Origin: a virus
Taxonomy: Duplodnaviria; Caudoviricetes
IMG/VR virus record: IMGVR_UViG_3300033121_001676
Span: 1-64,000 of that record
Reading direction: 5' to 3' (one strand)
DNA: 64,000 bases
In this document: piece by piece, positions 27,020 through 37,735 of the stretch
Numbering within the stretch: the first letter of the stretch is position 1
How the letters are laid out: the number at the start of each line of letters is the position of its first letter
Made by a program: the position numbers and the translations under genes
The notes under the pieces: model-generated
Told to the model about the DNA's origin: nothing
What the model saw: the letters and a program-made list of their open reading frames with translations, nothing else
Database searches by the model: none

Positions 27020-28309
27020 ATGGATGAGAAGAAGCTTGGTAAATTTGAATTTTGCGGTTCTTACAGAATTTGCGAATCCGCGATTTCTTCTGATGGAAGT
27101 GTTGATCTTGCAAAATACGATCATGTTGATAAGCATTGGTTTGAAAACAATTATCCAAAGTTGAAAGATGGTGCGAAGTTTATTGAAATTGTTCCTGTTT
27201 ATGAAACAATTTCAAAGAATGGTTTTGAATATACACCAGAATCGATTAAGTCTTTCAACAAGGCTGCAATTGGTTCGATTGGTTATCTTGGTCATATTGA
27301 TGAACAAAAGAGAATTCGTGGTGAAGGATATAGAGAGCCTGTTGCGAAATATGTAGCTTCTAGATTAACAAAAATCAAAGATCAATCTGGGAAAGAAGTT
27401 CTTGCTTCTTCAATTCTTTCTTATGTAAGCAACACTGACGCTGGTAAGAGGCACTTCACAAACATTCAAGAAGGCATTGCCGGGAATGTTAGTGTTGAAG
27501 GTGATGCTTATGCAAGGAGGGTTGGAGAAGCACAGAGACTCGTTTCTTGGGACATTGTGCGCAGCATTGATTTTGTCAACAACGGGACTGAATCAGTAAG
27601 AAATGCTGGAGTCACAAGTATCGTAAAAGAATCGTTTAAGGAAATTGATACAAAACAAGAGGAAAGCAACACAATGGATAAGATCACACTCGTTTCTTTA
27701 ACCGAATCTGCTGAAGGCAGGGAGGTTAAGAGCCAGATTGAGGCTGCTGTTAGAGCAGAGCTCGGTAATCTTCACAAGGCTGAACTGACAAAGGTGCAGG
27801 AATCTTTTACTGCACTTGATACAAAGAGTAAGGAACTTACTACTGAACTCACAAAAGTTCAGGAACAGCTCAAGAAGGCAAATGAAGAGAAGGTTGAGCT
27901 TCACAAGAAGCTTGGCATTGCTGAACTGAGGTCCTACAGGGCTTCTTATTTCGATACTCTTGAAAATGCTGAGAAGGAAAAGGCAAAGGCAGAAAATCGC
28001 GATGCAGATCTTCGTACTGTTGCTATGACGAAGAAACGTATTGCAGAGAGCTTTGTCGATCAGTGCATCGTTGCTGATGATGCAGACTTCTCGAAGTCCA
28101 AGAATCTTCTCAAGTCCAAGATTGATGCAGAAATTGCAACTGTTGTTGAAATGAGCAAAGAGTTTGGTGGATTTAATCAAAAGAAGGAAGAGACGACAGT
28201 TCGAACAGTTGTTACTGAATCTTCAAGACAGCCGGAAGCTGATAGCCCTCTTCTTTCGATTTTCCCAGGTGTTTTTGGAGAGGCAAAGAAGAAGGCAGCA
28301 GCGAAGTAA
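27020..28309 (+). CDS. prohead protease-scaffold fusion
   Basis: SKNG..Y, LGH, VSVEG, SIDFV protease motifs; coiled-coil C-terminal half. Confidence 0.78.
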   Translation: MDEKKLGKFEFCGSYRICESAISSDGSVDLAKYDHVDKHWFENNYPKLKDGAKFIEIVPVYETISKNGFEYTPESIKSFNKAAIGSIGYLGHIDEQKRIRGEGYREPVAKYVASRLTKIKDQSGKEVLASSILSYVSNTDAGKRHFTNIQEGIAGNVSVEGDAYARRVGEAQRLVSWDIVRSIDFVNNGTESVRNAGVTSIVKESFKEIDTKQEESNTMDKITLVSLTESAEGREVKSQIEAAVRAELGNLHKAELTKVQESFTALDTKSKELTTELTKVQEQLKKANEEKVELHKKLGIAELRSYRASYFDTLENAEKEKAKAENRDADLRTVAMTKKRIAESFVDQCIVADDADFSKSKNLLKSKIDAEIATVVEMSKEFGGFNQKKEETTVRTVVTESSRQPEADSPLLSIFPGVFGEAKKKAAAK

Positions 28310-28344
28310 GAACAAAGAAACAACTCTGAAGGAGTAAAGAAAAA

Positions 28345-28923
28345 ATGCTCAACTATGTCGGTCCTGGCAATACAATGCCGCTTAGCGGTCTTGCATCGAA
28401 CGTCAACTCTGGCGCACTCTACTCTGTAGGTGGATCTGGAGCTGCTGCCGGAAAGAATTTTTGGGGTGTTGTTGTAGACGATATCATCGGAACTGGTTCT
28501 GCACTCACAACTGTTGACGGACGTCCAATCCTTGATGAAGATCTTACTGGTCTTAGCATCCAGGGTGTCAACGTTGGCGACGGCAAGGGTGACATGAAGG
28601 TCGAAGGTGTCTTCGAACTTGTTGTCGCTTCTGGTGTTGCACAGAGTGCATCAAACTTCCGAAAGGGTTCTGCAGTCTATGCAAGCGGTGTCAATACCGT
28701 TGCTGGACCGAGCCTTAGATTCCCAGGTGCATTCACTGCAACTGGTTATGGAATGGTTGCCGTTCCAGCCGCATTTACAACCACCGGAGCTCCTGAGTGC
28801 ATGTCCCTTGTCGGGCATGTTTGGAAGGAAGCTTACCTTGATCTTAGATCGGCATCACCTTTCAAAGGATCTTGGGTTTGTGAAGTCAAGCTCCTTGGAA
28901 GACCGACTGACGGGCTTTCGTAA
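28345..28923 (+). CDS. capsid decoration/cement protein (DUF2190-like)
   Basis: NYV.PG.T, GVVVDDI, G.MKVEGVFEL; precedes the major capsid gene. Confidence 0.7.
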   Translation: MLNYVGPGNTMPLSGLASNVNSGALYSVGGSGAAAGKNFWGVVVDDIIGTGSALTTVDGRPILDEDLTGLSIQGVNVGDGKGDMKVEGVFELVVASGVAQSASNFRKGSAVYASGVNTVAGPSLRFPGAFTATGYGMVAVPAAFTTTGAPECMSLVGHVWKEAYLDLRSASPFKGSWVCEVKLLGRPTDGLS

Positions 28924-28954
28924 ACCGTAGAAGGAAACAAGGAGAAATACAACA

Positions 28955-29971
28955 ATGGCTAACGAATCACTTTTCGGAGAGGGTGTACGGATCGTCAACG
29001 GACAGTTCGTTTATCCTCAGCAAGTCAAAGTCAGAGAGAGCAACGGCCAGGAAGTTACTCGCATTCGCGAGTCGATGGTCTCTACTGCTGACACAAAACA
29101 GTTCTTCACTTCTGGCATTCAGCAGTTCTTCATGAATGATCCAGAAGTCCTAGACAATGGCTGGCAACAGTTCTACACGATCATGAAGTCCACCAACCAT
29201 GGTGAGATCTTCCCATTCCGTAATCCTGATCGTGCAGGAACCGGCGTACACGGAATTGTTTTCGATGAAGTTGGTGAGCTTGGTGAAATCAAGTTCAACA
29301 AGGTCGTTGGAAATGAGAAGTACGTCAAGAATGTCAAGTACGGTGCTGCCATCGGCTACTCAAATGAGTGGTTCTCGGATGGTGCCATGGGAATGATCGA
29401 AATGGTCACCCGTGACTTCCGCCAGGCATCTTCAGACAAGATGGCTGCAATCCACTATGCGGCAATTGTTGCTGCTGTGACGAATGGTGTTTCTCTTTCT
29501 GCTGGTGTGTCTGGAGTTGAAATCAATCACTTCGTCAACGCACTGAATGATGCAACTGTCATCATGCGTAGAAATCGTCGTGATCCAAGACTGCTCCTTG
29601 GACCGCCAGAAATTGAGAACTTCATTTCTGTCGCACTCTTCACTCGGTATGGGTTTACGAACCAAGCTGCTGCGATTAGCAGAACACTTGCCGTTGCTGC
29701 AACCGGCGGTGAAGCGCCTGTCAATGGCCGCTACCGCCTTGTCACAACAGATCATCTTGCCGCTGGCGCAACCACATCTACGATCTATGTCGTGGAGCCG
29801 AAGCGTAGGATCATGAGCACTGATCGTGAACAGCTCATGCTTGGGAATTTCCAAGATCTTCTGCATGACGCAGAAACACTCGTTGGCAAGTTCCGTCGTG
29901 GTGTTCTTGTTGGTGAGGGTCAAGTGATTCGCGCCATTACATCTGTTCCACACGCGCTGCCAGCGGCATAA
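28955..29971 (+). CDS. major capsid protein (HK97 fold, Mu gpT-like)
   Basis: Position, size, EVGELGE, KYG..I..S.E; strong RBS and downstream terminator. Confidence 0.82.
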   Translation: MANESLFGEGVRIVNGQFVYPQQVKVRESNGQEVTRIRESMVSTADTKQFFTSGIQQFFMNDPEVLDNGWQQFYTIMKSTNHGEIFPFRNPDRAGTGVHGIVFDEVGELGEIKFNKVVGNEKYVKNVKYGAAIGYSNEWFSDGAMGMIEMVTRDFRQASSDKMAAIHYAAIVAAVTNGVSLSAGVSGVEINHFVNALNDATVIMRRNRRDPRLLLGPPEIENFISVALFTRYGFTNQAAAISRTLAVAATGGEAPVNGRYRLVTTDHLAAGATTSTIYVVEPKRRIMSTDREQLMLGNFQDLLHDAETLVGKFRRGVLVGEGQVIRAITSVPHALPAA

Positions 29972-29999
29972 CAGAACACTTCTGGTTTTTGGTGGGTCG

Positions 30000-30026
30000 G
30001 GCCGGGTTTGTCACCCGGCCTTTTTT
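30000..30026 (+). terminator. intrinsic terminator
   Basis: GGCCGGGT-TTGTC-ACCCGGCC followed by T6. Confidence 0.85.
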
Positions 30027-30071
30027 ATTGATTGTATTTTTCACAATATCATTTCAAGTATAGCCTTACAT

Positions 30072-31436
30072 ATGAACACGAATAGTAAAAAGACTCTTCT
30101 CTTCATGACCGATGGTTGTGATTCTGGATTCGGAAGAGTTGGGAAAGAAATTGTCAAGCGTTTTGCTGAAACTGGTCTATACAACATTGTCTATGTCGGG
30201 TGGTCAATGCCACTTACTCCAGAAATTATGAACTACTGGAAGAAGTGGAATGTTGTGATTGAAGGAACACAATATTCCACAATTGAAGATCAATTCGGTC
30301 AAGTGACATTGCCGAGAGCAATTCAAAAATACCAGCCGAATGTTATTTGGACTCTTGGTGATCCTTGGATGGTTGAGCATGTTGCAAGAGCTCCTGGATT
30401 TGGTAAAGCATGGAAGTGGATTAGCTATGTTCCAATTGATAGGGACAAGCTGAATTCTGAATGGCTTCCATCCCTCAAAGCACCAGATGCCCTTGTTGCA
30501 TATAGTAAGTTTGGGATGAATGTACTCAATAGTTATCTTCCGAGAGTTAAGGTTGAACTTATTTACCATGGTGTTGACACTGATATTTTTAGACCAATTG
30601 ATAAGGCTGCTGCAAAACAAGAACTTGGAATTGACCCAACAACTTTTGTTATTGGATTTGTTGGTAGAAATCAGATTCGTAAGAAGATCCCGAGATTGAT
30701 GCAAGCATTCAAATGGTGGAATTGTGAACGCTACTCTTCAAACGCTGAGGTTATGATTAGAAATGTAGATGGAACAAATGAGGCATGGAACGCAAAAGAT
30801 TATGCAAGAATGAAATTGCATATGCGTTCTGAAAAGTGGAATCACTTTAGACAAGATCCAAATAAATTCAATTCAGCACTCTATCTTCATACAACACAAG
30901 GATACACTGACAACAATGACGGTCTTTGGGTTGGTTGGCATATTGATGAATATGTAAATAGATATGGTTTGAATGAAAACCCATTCAATAAGCCAAGCAG
31001 AGTTATGTTGCCTGATCAAAGAGTAATGAAGACAACTCATGGTCTTAGTGATGAACATTTGAACAAGGTTTACAACATCATTGATATACATATTCTTCCA
31101 TCTGGTAGAGAAGGATTCGGTCTACCAGTTCTAGAATCAATGTCATGCTCTGTTCCTAACATTGTCACAAATTACAGCAGTATGCCAGAACTTGTTGAAA
31201 ATGGAAGAGGTATTGCAGTTGATGCAATTGATTTTGATGATGAACCTTTCTGGGATGCACCGAGTGCTCTTGTGAATGTTGCAGGAATTGTTGATGGTAT
31301 TGAACAGATTGTTGGTATGTATAAGAATGGTGAAATTAGATCATTGCAACAGAAGTGTAGGCAGTTTGCTCTTCAAAATGATTGGAAATTCCCATTCAAA
31401 GCATTTCAGAAAATTGTTAAAGAAATGCTTGTTTGA
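30072..31436 (+). CDS. glycosyltransferase family 4 (GT-B)
   Basis: SGFGRV, HGVD...F.P, VGRNQ.RK, PSGREGFGLPVLESMSC. Confidence 0.9.
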   Translation: MNTNSKKTLLFMTDGCDSGFGRVGKEIVKRFAETGLYNIVYVGWSMPLTPEIMNYWKKWNVVIEGTQYSTIEDQFGQVTLPRAIQKYQPNVIWTLGDPWMVEHVARAPGFGKAWKWISYVPIDRDKLNSEWLPSLKAPDALVAYSKFGMNVLNSYLPRVKVELIYHGVDTDIFRPIDKAAAKQELGIDPTTFVIGFVGRNQIRKKIPRLMQAFKWWNCERYSSNAEVMIRNVDGTNEAWNAKDYARMKLHMRSEKWNHFRQDPNKFNSALYLHTTQGYTDNNDGLWVGWHIDEYVNRYGLNENPFNKPSRVMLPDQRVMKTTHGLSDEHLNKVYNIIDIHILPSGREGFGLPVLESMSCSVPNIVTNYSSMPELVENGRGIAVDAIDFDDEPFWDAPSALVNVAGIVDGIEQIVGMYKNGEIRSLQQKCRQFALQNDWKFPFKAFQKIVKEMLV

Positions 31437-31487
31437 TTCATTGAAAAGTATGTGATTTTGTTTACGCCATAGGCGTAAACTCAAACA

Positions 31488-31829
31488 ATGATCACATACA
31501 TTCCTACATTTCAAGATATCATTACTAAGGGTGATGATTACGATTTGACAATTTGGTGCCAAAACAGAGATGGCACTCCAAGGGATTTGACTGGTGGTAC
31601 TGTTAGATCTAAGATTAAAAACTATTATCAAGATTCTCTTGTTGCAACACCGAATGTCTCAATAGCGAATGCTTTGAGCGGTGTTGTTCTTTATCATATT
31701 CCAGCCAATACTACCGAATCAATTGATTCTCCAACATGTAAATCTGATATTGAATTTGTTAGTGCTGATGGAGATACTTGTAAACTTGCTCAATTCAGAT
31801 TCGTTGTTGATGAAGAATCAACTTTATGA
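31488..31829 (+). CDS. BppU N-terminal-like virion adaptor domain protein
   Basis: I.KGD....TI....DGTP.DLTG.TV pattern. Confidence 0.6.
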   Translation: MITYIPTFQDIITKGDDYDLTIWCQNRDGTPRDLTGGTVRSKIKNYYQDSLVATPNVSIANALSGVVLYHIPANTTESIDSPTCKSDIEFVSADGDTCKLAQFRFVVDEESTL

Positions 31830-34270
31830 ATGATTTAATTGCAAGATCAAAAGGGTACAAGAATCTCAAAGTTACTGAAGGACAATTAGAGACTGAATTA
31901 TTCTTTACTGGCACAAAGCATGTCACAACACCATTTTATGAACTTGCTGATATTGGCAAAGGTATTCAATTAGTAAGACTTAGAGCAAATAATTCAGACA
32001 TCGTTTTTGAACAATTTCCAATTTGTGTTATCCAGTTAATCAATCAAACAACTGAAGATTTATCAATTTCTTTCAATACATTCCAATTTCCTTTATCAAC
32101 AATTGCTGAATCTACTCCCACTCATTTTAAGATCATTTATGCAACATCAAACATAAGTGATCAAGATTTCATACTTTATGGTGATTTGAATCTAACAACT
32201 GGTGAACTTGCAATTACATGGGATTCTAATATCCCATCATCAATTCCTGGATATGCCGTCTATGCAGTAAAAAGACAATTCAAGATTAAGCCATATGAAA
32301 CAAATAACCCAGAAGAGATGTTTGCATTTCTTCCAACATATGGTGGTCAATTAATCAGAAATGCTTGCAATCAATTTGTAAGTGGTGAATCTGCTGGTGA
32401 AATTTATGGAATCAATCCAGCACTTTTCACACCATATCCTGCGACTTCATATGTTGATGTTGTAACAACTCAATTCAGTTATCAATTGATGTATTTTTAT
32501 CACAGAACACAAAATTGTGGAATTGCAGTTAGAACAGATGATGGTAACGGAAGAGGAAAGTGGTTCCATTACAACGGTGATGATACAAATATCTATTTTG
32601 GAACAACAGAATTTCCAACAAATAATCTTCAAACAAGAGTATGTTCATCTAATTATAATTTGATTCTCAGACCAATGAGGGGGAATTGGTTTGATGCTTG
32701 CAAGTGGTATAGAGAATCTCTTGAAAATGAATCAAAAACATGGATTAGCCGTGGCAAAATTGTCAACATGGTTGATGGTGATGTTGATGATATAAGCAAG
32801 CATGTCAAAGATGCTGACATTTTCTTCTGGGGTTCTATCACAACAGCGAATGAAAGAACGAGATTTGTTGAAGAATTCAAAAGAATCGTTGCTTATTATG
32901 GGAGTGATCTAAAATACATTGTTTCAATATATAGATGGCAAGTTGCAGCAATTACTGAACTATATCCAGACCTGTATCCACCAAATACTCACGCGATGTC
33001 TGCAATTGATGATATCATAGCATTGTATCCAACTGTCAGAATTGTCTGGTACTCTATTCCTGAATGTTGGGCTCCAAATTCAAATTGGTACACAACAAGC
33101 TACAATCCTTCATATGGAGCTCCTGCAAATTCAATTATCTTAAAAGCAACACAAACTCCATACACACAAATGCTTGATCAGGCATTGCAGACGCTTTATT
33201 ACCCTCAATTTGGGAACGCTAATTGCAGAAGTCATACTGTTGATATTCTTTCACAAATTACTACAAAAGGTCATAGATGTGATGGAATTTATCTTGATGC
33301 TCTTTCTGGATCTTATGGTCCTTACGGTGATTACAGAACATCACTTTCGAGTTCTCAAAAAGGGCCTGGAAGTGATTATTGGACCAAGGGGAAAGTTGAG
33401 TGCATAAGACAGATAAAGAGCAACTTTAGGACAACACAAGCAATTCCAGATTTTGTTATTTTCAGTGAAATTCTTGAAGAAGACGTAATACATCATTTAG
33501 ATTTCATTAGCACATATTCATTTATCCTCTCTTCAGCAGATATCTTTTTTGTTCCTGGTTGGAATGTTATTTACAGTCAATATATCATTACTCACACATT
33601 TAATGAAACCATTACTTATCTTCCAAACAGTATCAAAGATGATTTTGATCTTTTGATGTATGGAATTTCAAAAGTCTTTCATTGTGGCAGTATCATCAGT
33701 TACGCTTGGTTTGGTGATCTTACAGCACAGTTTTTAATTCCACAACAAAATGACTCTGTTGATGGCGGCTCATATTACTCTGATAATTGGACAAAATATG
33801 ATCAGTATAGACATGCTTTCTTAAAGAAGCTGAATAGAGCAAGGCATATCACTCACGGAGGTCTTTACAAATATTTCACTGGCAAGAGACTTCGGTCACT
33901 ATACAATAACTGGGAAGAAAGACTTGAAAGAGTTGGACCAGAATTTACAGTCGGTCAAGTTGTTACTGATGGCGCAATTGGAATTGTAATTGTTGGCGCA
34001 GATGTTATGTCATCTGTTTGGCAAGCTAATACAGGGAATAGAGATGTTACAATACTTATGACAAATTATAAGCAATATTCTTCAAGTTTCAGTGTAACTG
34101 TTTCTGTTGATCAATTTTCAGAGATAACTGGCAATTTGAGATACCTGTTTAGAAGAAATAGTGATGGAACAAGAACTTTGATCAAATCATTCTATGGTCA
34201 CTTTACAGAACAAGTAACAATTGCTCAATATGATTTGGACGTCTTAGAAATATCATCTGCATCAACATGA
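31826..34270 (+). CDS. putative glycoside hydrolase-like protein (DUF6259-like TIM barrel)
   Basis: GNWFDACKWYR, DGIYLDA, FSE, P.WN.IYS.Y motifs. Confidence 0.55.
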   Translation: MNDLIARSKGYKNLKVTEGQLETELFFTGTKHVTTPFYELADIGKGIQLVRLRANNSDIVFEQFPICVIQLINQTTEDLSISFNTFQFPLSTIAESTPTHFKIIYATSNISDQDFILYGDLNLTTGELAITWDSNIPSSIPGYAVYAVKRQFKIKPYETNNPEEMFAFLPTYGGQLIRNACNQFVSGESAGEIYGINPALFTPYPATSYVDVVTTQFSYQLMYFYHRTQNCGIAVRTDDGNGRGKWFHYNGDDTNIYFGTTEFPTNNLQTRVCSSNYNLILRPMRGNWFDACKWYRESLENESKTWISRGKIVNMVDGDVDDISKHVKDADIFFWGSITTANERTRFVEEFKRIVAYYGSDLKYIVSIYRWQVAAITELYPDLYPPNTHAMSAIDDIIALYPTVRIVWYSIPECWAPNSNWYTTSYNPSYGAPANSIILKATQTPYTQMLDQALQTLYYPQFGNANCRSHTVDILSQITTKGHRCDGIYLDALSGSYGPYGDYRTSLSSSQKGPGSDYWTKGKVECIRQIKSNFRTTQAIPDFVIFSEILEEDVIHHLDFISTYSFILSSADIFFVPGWNVIYSQYIITHTFNETITYLPNSIKDDFDLLMYGISKVFHCGSIISYAWFGDLTAQFLIPQQNDSVDGGSYYSDNWTKYDQYRHAFLKKLNRARHITHGGLYKYFTGKRLRSLYNNWEERLERVGPEFTVGQVVTDGAIGIVIVGADVMSSVWQANTGNRDVTILMTNYKQYSSSFSVTVSVDQFSEITGNLRYLFRRNSDGTRTLIKSFYGHFTEQVTIAQYDLDVLEISSAST

Positions 34271-34767
34271 GTACAGTAAATAGCTCTTCAATCATAAAAC
34301 AAGTTAGGATGATTGTCAAAGACGATCCACAAGAAATTGCGAATAGAGTTTTTATTGATGAAGAAGTTGATGCTGCTCTTTCAGATGGTTTCGGTATGGT
34401 TAGCTACGGATCTGCTAATGAAGGTACTTCAGATAGTTTCATAAAGGCATTGGCAAAACTCTATGCCGGTGCAACTTTGCTTTATTCACTTGCGAGAGAT
34501 AAGGCGAGATTGTATAAGTGGAAGAGTTCCCTTGGTGAAGAAGTTGATTCTGATCAAGAATCAAAGTCACTTACAAGAATTGCTGATTCAATGATGGCAC
34601 AAGTTAATTCTTCATTATCAAAACAAATTGAAAGAATGAAAGATGATGTTAAACTTCAAACTTCTGCACAAGGAACTGCTCTCGAATTTGCGCCAGATCT
34701 CCCAAAACATAGAGATGTGAAGTTTACTGGTAGGGTTGGAAAACTAAACAAACCATCAGATAGATGA
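34267..34767 (+). CDS. head-tail adaptor
   Basis: VR....D.....F.DEEV pattern; position. Confidence 0.6.
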   Translation: MSTVNSSSIIKQVRMIVKDDPQEIANRVFIDEEVDAALSDGFGMVSYGSANEGTSDSFIKALAKLYAGATLLYSLARDKARLYKWKSSLGEEVDSDQESKSLTRIADSMMAQVNSSLSKQIERMKDDVKLQTSAQGTALEFAPDLPKHRDVKFTGRVGKLNKPSDR

Positions 34768-35144
34768 CGGACTATTCACAATTTGTTGAACAATCAAAAC
34801 AAATACGCCGTGATAGAAGTGTTTCAATACTACTTCTAAGTGGCGTTAGCGGTCCTGATACGAATCAATTTCTTGAAGAACGTTCTTCTTCAAATGAGTT
34901 ATGGATAACTGCAAGCGGGGTATATACTCAACTTACGAGAAGAGACAATTTCTATGGAGGTATGCAAGGAGGTCATACACAAGACACTTGGGCATTTTCT
35001 TTCAATTACGAAGAAGTAAAAGGCTACGAAAATTCAAAAGCAATTCAATACGCTGGTAGAAGATTTAACATAGTTGAAAAGAACATTGGCTATTGGGGAA
35101 GATATATAACACATATTGACTTCATTGTTATTGAGGGATCATAA
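34764..35144 (+). CDS. head closure protein
   Basis: Position and size; I.Y.GRRFNIV. Confidence 0.55.
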   Translation: MTDYSQFVEQSKQIRRDRSVSILLLSGVSGPDTNQFLEERSSSNELWITASGVYTQLTRRDNFYGGMQGGHTQDTWAFSFNYEEVKGYENSKAIQYAGRRFNIVEKNIGYWGRYITHIDFIVIEGS

Positions 35145-35512
35145 TGGGTTTATTCACAAGCCTTGGTGAATTTGCAGATAAAATCAAACAAGGATACAAT
35201 CGCAAGTTTCGTATGAAGCGTGCGATTGCTGAAGCAATTGAAGATGGAAAGAATGCAGCAAGGACTTTTGCACCTGTTCTTACAGGATGGCTTAGAAGCA
35301 ATATACAATCACAAATAAATGTAGTTGGAAAAGATGTTCAAGCTTATCTCTATGTTGATTTGAGCATTGTTCCATATGCAAGAAGACAAGAATACGAACA
35401 CATCACAAAAGGTTTCTTTATGTTGAAAGGAACACTCGTTGCACAAAAGCGTTTAGAAGAGATTACAGGAAGGCAGGACTTTATTGAAGACGTCGTGTTT
35501 AATGAACCATGA
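35144..35512 (+). CDS. HK97 gp10-like neck/tail completion protein
   Basis: APVLTGWLRSNI and VPYA..QEY motifs. Confidence 0.75.
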   Translation: MGLFTSLGEFADKIKQGYNRKFRMKRAIAEAIEDGKNAARTFAPVLTGWLRSNIQSQINVVGKDVQAYLYVDLSIVPYARRQEYEHITKGFFMLKGTLVAQKRLEEITGRQDFIEDVVFNEP

Positions 35513-36045
35513 GTGATAGATTACTTAAAGAAACTGAATACAGTCTTGCTTACAAGCTCAATAATATCTCTGGAGTGATTGGTCCTGTAATTATTGCATC
35601 ACCAGATTTCAATTGGGATAGAAAACAGGATAATCAAAAGAGAAACACGCCATTTGCTGTTGTAAGATTCATTGGTGAAATTGATCAATTTGCATTTATT
35701 GATGGTGGAGCAAGTATTGATCCAGAAATGAATTTCATAATTACTGTTTGTGAGACAAACTTTACACGCTTAAGAACATCAATTGGTGCAATTCAAAGTT
35801 GTTTAAGAACATCAACAACACTTGTGAGTGGTGCGAATATTTACATTGATAACTACTATGGAATTCCATTAGTTGATAGCCAGAATGGGGATCGTGTTGT
35901 TGGTGGTCTTAATCTTGAACAGAATGATTTAATTGGTGATTACACACATGATGATAAATCAACTTGGGATAATTTGAAGTATTCTTGTCACATACCTGTG
36001 AAACTAACACCAATCTATAAAGACGTCAATAAAGACCTCTTATAG
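35509..36045 (+). CDS. tail terminator-like protein
   Basis: Position; PFAVV pattern. Confidence 0.5.
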   Translation: MSDRLLKETEYSLAYKLNNISGVIGPVIIASPDFNWDRKQDNQKRNTPFAVVRFIGEIDQFAFIDGGASIDPEMNFIITVCETNFTRLRTSIGAIQSCLRTSTTLVSGANIYIDNYYGIPLVDSQNGDRVVGGLNLEQNDLIGDYTHDDKSTWDNLKYSCHIPVKLTPIYKDVNKDLL

Positions 36046-36079
36046 ATACTTCTTCTTTGTTTTAACAAGAGAGAACAAA

Positions 36080-36610
36080 ATGGCCCTAACTTCCCTGAGT
36101 GCGGCAGCTTGGAGGGAGACCTTCAAGAATTTTGGTCGCCTTACGATGATGAGGAATATCATCGGAGGCGATATTCCAGTTTTCCAATCTGGAATTGTTG
36201 TTACTGTTCAAAAACTTGCGACTGAAGATTTTACTCTTGTTAGCAGCATGTTGTCGACATTTGTCAACAACATGAATACACTTTCAAGCAATCTTGCAAG
36301 TGGCAGGACGAATGTTGAATCTTCTCTTTCCACACTTGTGACAAGTGTTGTGAAAGGTGATATCAATTCTGTTGCTACAACAACTTCTGGTATTTTGAAT
36401 GATATGTTCACTGTTATGAGAACTGATAGTGTTGCTGTTTCTGGTAGTGGATTATTTGAAACGATGTTCGGTCAAGTTTTTGGTTTCCTACCACACTTCT
36501 TCCAGAAATACACTGGTGCTGGTGGAGCACCTGCTATTAGTCCCGATGTAGGTAATCCTTCAGTAATCATTCGTGAGAATTATGCAACGTTCGACTGGCA
36601 GAACTGGTGA
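36080..36610 (+). CDS. hypothetical virion protein
   Basis: Lies within the tail module. Confidence 0.6.
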   Translation: MALTSLSAAAWRETFKNFGRLTMMRNIIGGDIPVFQSGIVVTVQKLATEDFTLVSSMLSTFVNNMNTLSSNLASGRTNVESSLSTLVTSVVKGDINSVATTTSGILNDMFTVMRTDSVAVSGSGLFETMFGQVFGFLPHFFQKYTGAGGAPAISPDVGNPSVIIRENYATFDWQNW

Positions 36611-36647
36611 GCATAAAAAGACTTACTAAGTCTTAGGAGACATTCAA

Positions 36648-37334
36648 ATGGCAGGACTTCACGGCAAAAACGCACAGCTTCTAATCGGTAATTCACTCAC
36701 AATTGTATCAAGTGGTAGCTTGAATCGAATTTCAGGAACAGATATTTATCAGATTGATTCGTCCAATAGAGATTGGATGTTCCAACCTGACAATAGTGCT
36801 TTCAAAGTTGAGTATCAGGTTGGTGCGAGTTGGTATTCACTTGATTTGAACAGCGCACAGATTCACTATGCTGGCGGAGCAGTCCAAATCATTGGTGTTA
36901 CAGATGCAACATATGCTGTTGTGAAAAATGTTGCAAGATCAACACTCGTTGATGTTACTCACAAGATTAACCAGAACAGATCTTGGGAAGTTCGATTTGA
37001 AACAAATCTCATTGATGCAACTGTGATGGGTGAATTCTGGGGAACATCACTTCCTGGCATTCCAAAATTCACAGGAACTATTGAAGGTCTTTATCTTGAT
37101 TCTTCAAAGTATGAAAAAGCTGTTGTCAATGCTTCTGGTGTTACGATTCGTAGAATTCTTCGTCTTCGTCCAACAACTGCTGCATCGACATATTACCAAG
37201 GTGCAGCAAACTTCAGCAATTGGCGTTTGAGTGCTTCTTTCGATGCACCAATTCAAGAAACACTTGAGTTTGGTGGTGAAGGTCCACTTGATCTTATCAA
37301 GGCAGGCAGTCCATTCTTTGGTCCTCTGTTCTAA
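36648..37334 (+). CDS. major tail tube protein
   Basis: MAGLHGKNAQL, IDATVMG..W...LPG..KFTGTIEG, F.GEGPL. Confidence 0.75.
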   Translation: MAGLHGKNAQLLIGNSLTIVSSGSLNRISGTDIYQIDSSNRDWMFQPDNSAFKVEYQVGASWYSLDLNSAQIHYAGGAVQIIGVTDATYAVVKNVARSTLVDVTHKINQNRSWEVRFETNLIDATVMGEFWGTSLPGIPKFTGTIEGLYLDSSKYEKAVVNASGVTIRRILRLRPTTAASTYYQGAANFSNWRLSASFDAPIQETLEFGGEGPLDLIKAGSPFFGPLF

Positions 37335-37369
37335 TTGAATCGTATTGTTGATTAACAAAAGAGGAGCTC

Positions 37370-37735
37370 ATGCCAAACTATATCAGCAAGGATCAGTTTC
37401 GAAAGAACTTCTGTCTCCGTGTGAGAGATGTCATTCTCGACAGTGGTGAAGTTTTTCAAATCACTTCATTGAACATGTTGCAGAAGCGAGAAATTCGCGA
37501 AGCAAACATGACAATCAAGATCGGTGCAAGGGGTGAAGAGACAAAAACAACCCTTGATGTTGAAGGAATGATTGTTGATACGATCATCGCTTCATGCAGA
37601 GCGCCAAAATTCGATGAACTTGATAAGGATTGGATGCTTGAAACGATTTCAAGCGAATACATCCAGGATCTTTATGCAAAGATTGAAACACCTGTGAAAC
37701 TTGCAACAATGACTGAGGAAGAAGTAAAAAACTAG
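37370..37735 (+). CDS. tail assembly chaperone (gpG-like)
   Basis: Between tail tube and tape measure; ends in the slippery site A AAA AAC TAG. Confidence 0.75.
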   Translation: MPNYISKDQFRKNFCLRVRDVILDSGEVFQITSLNMLQKREIREANMTIKIGARGEETKTTLDVEGMIVDTIIASCRAPKFDELDKDWMLETISSEYIQDLYAKIETPVKLATMTEEEVKN

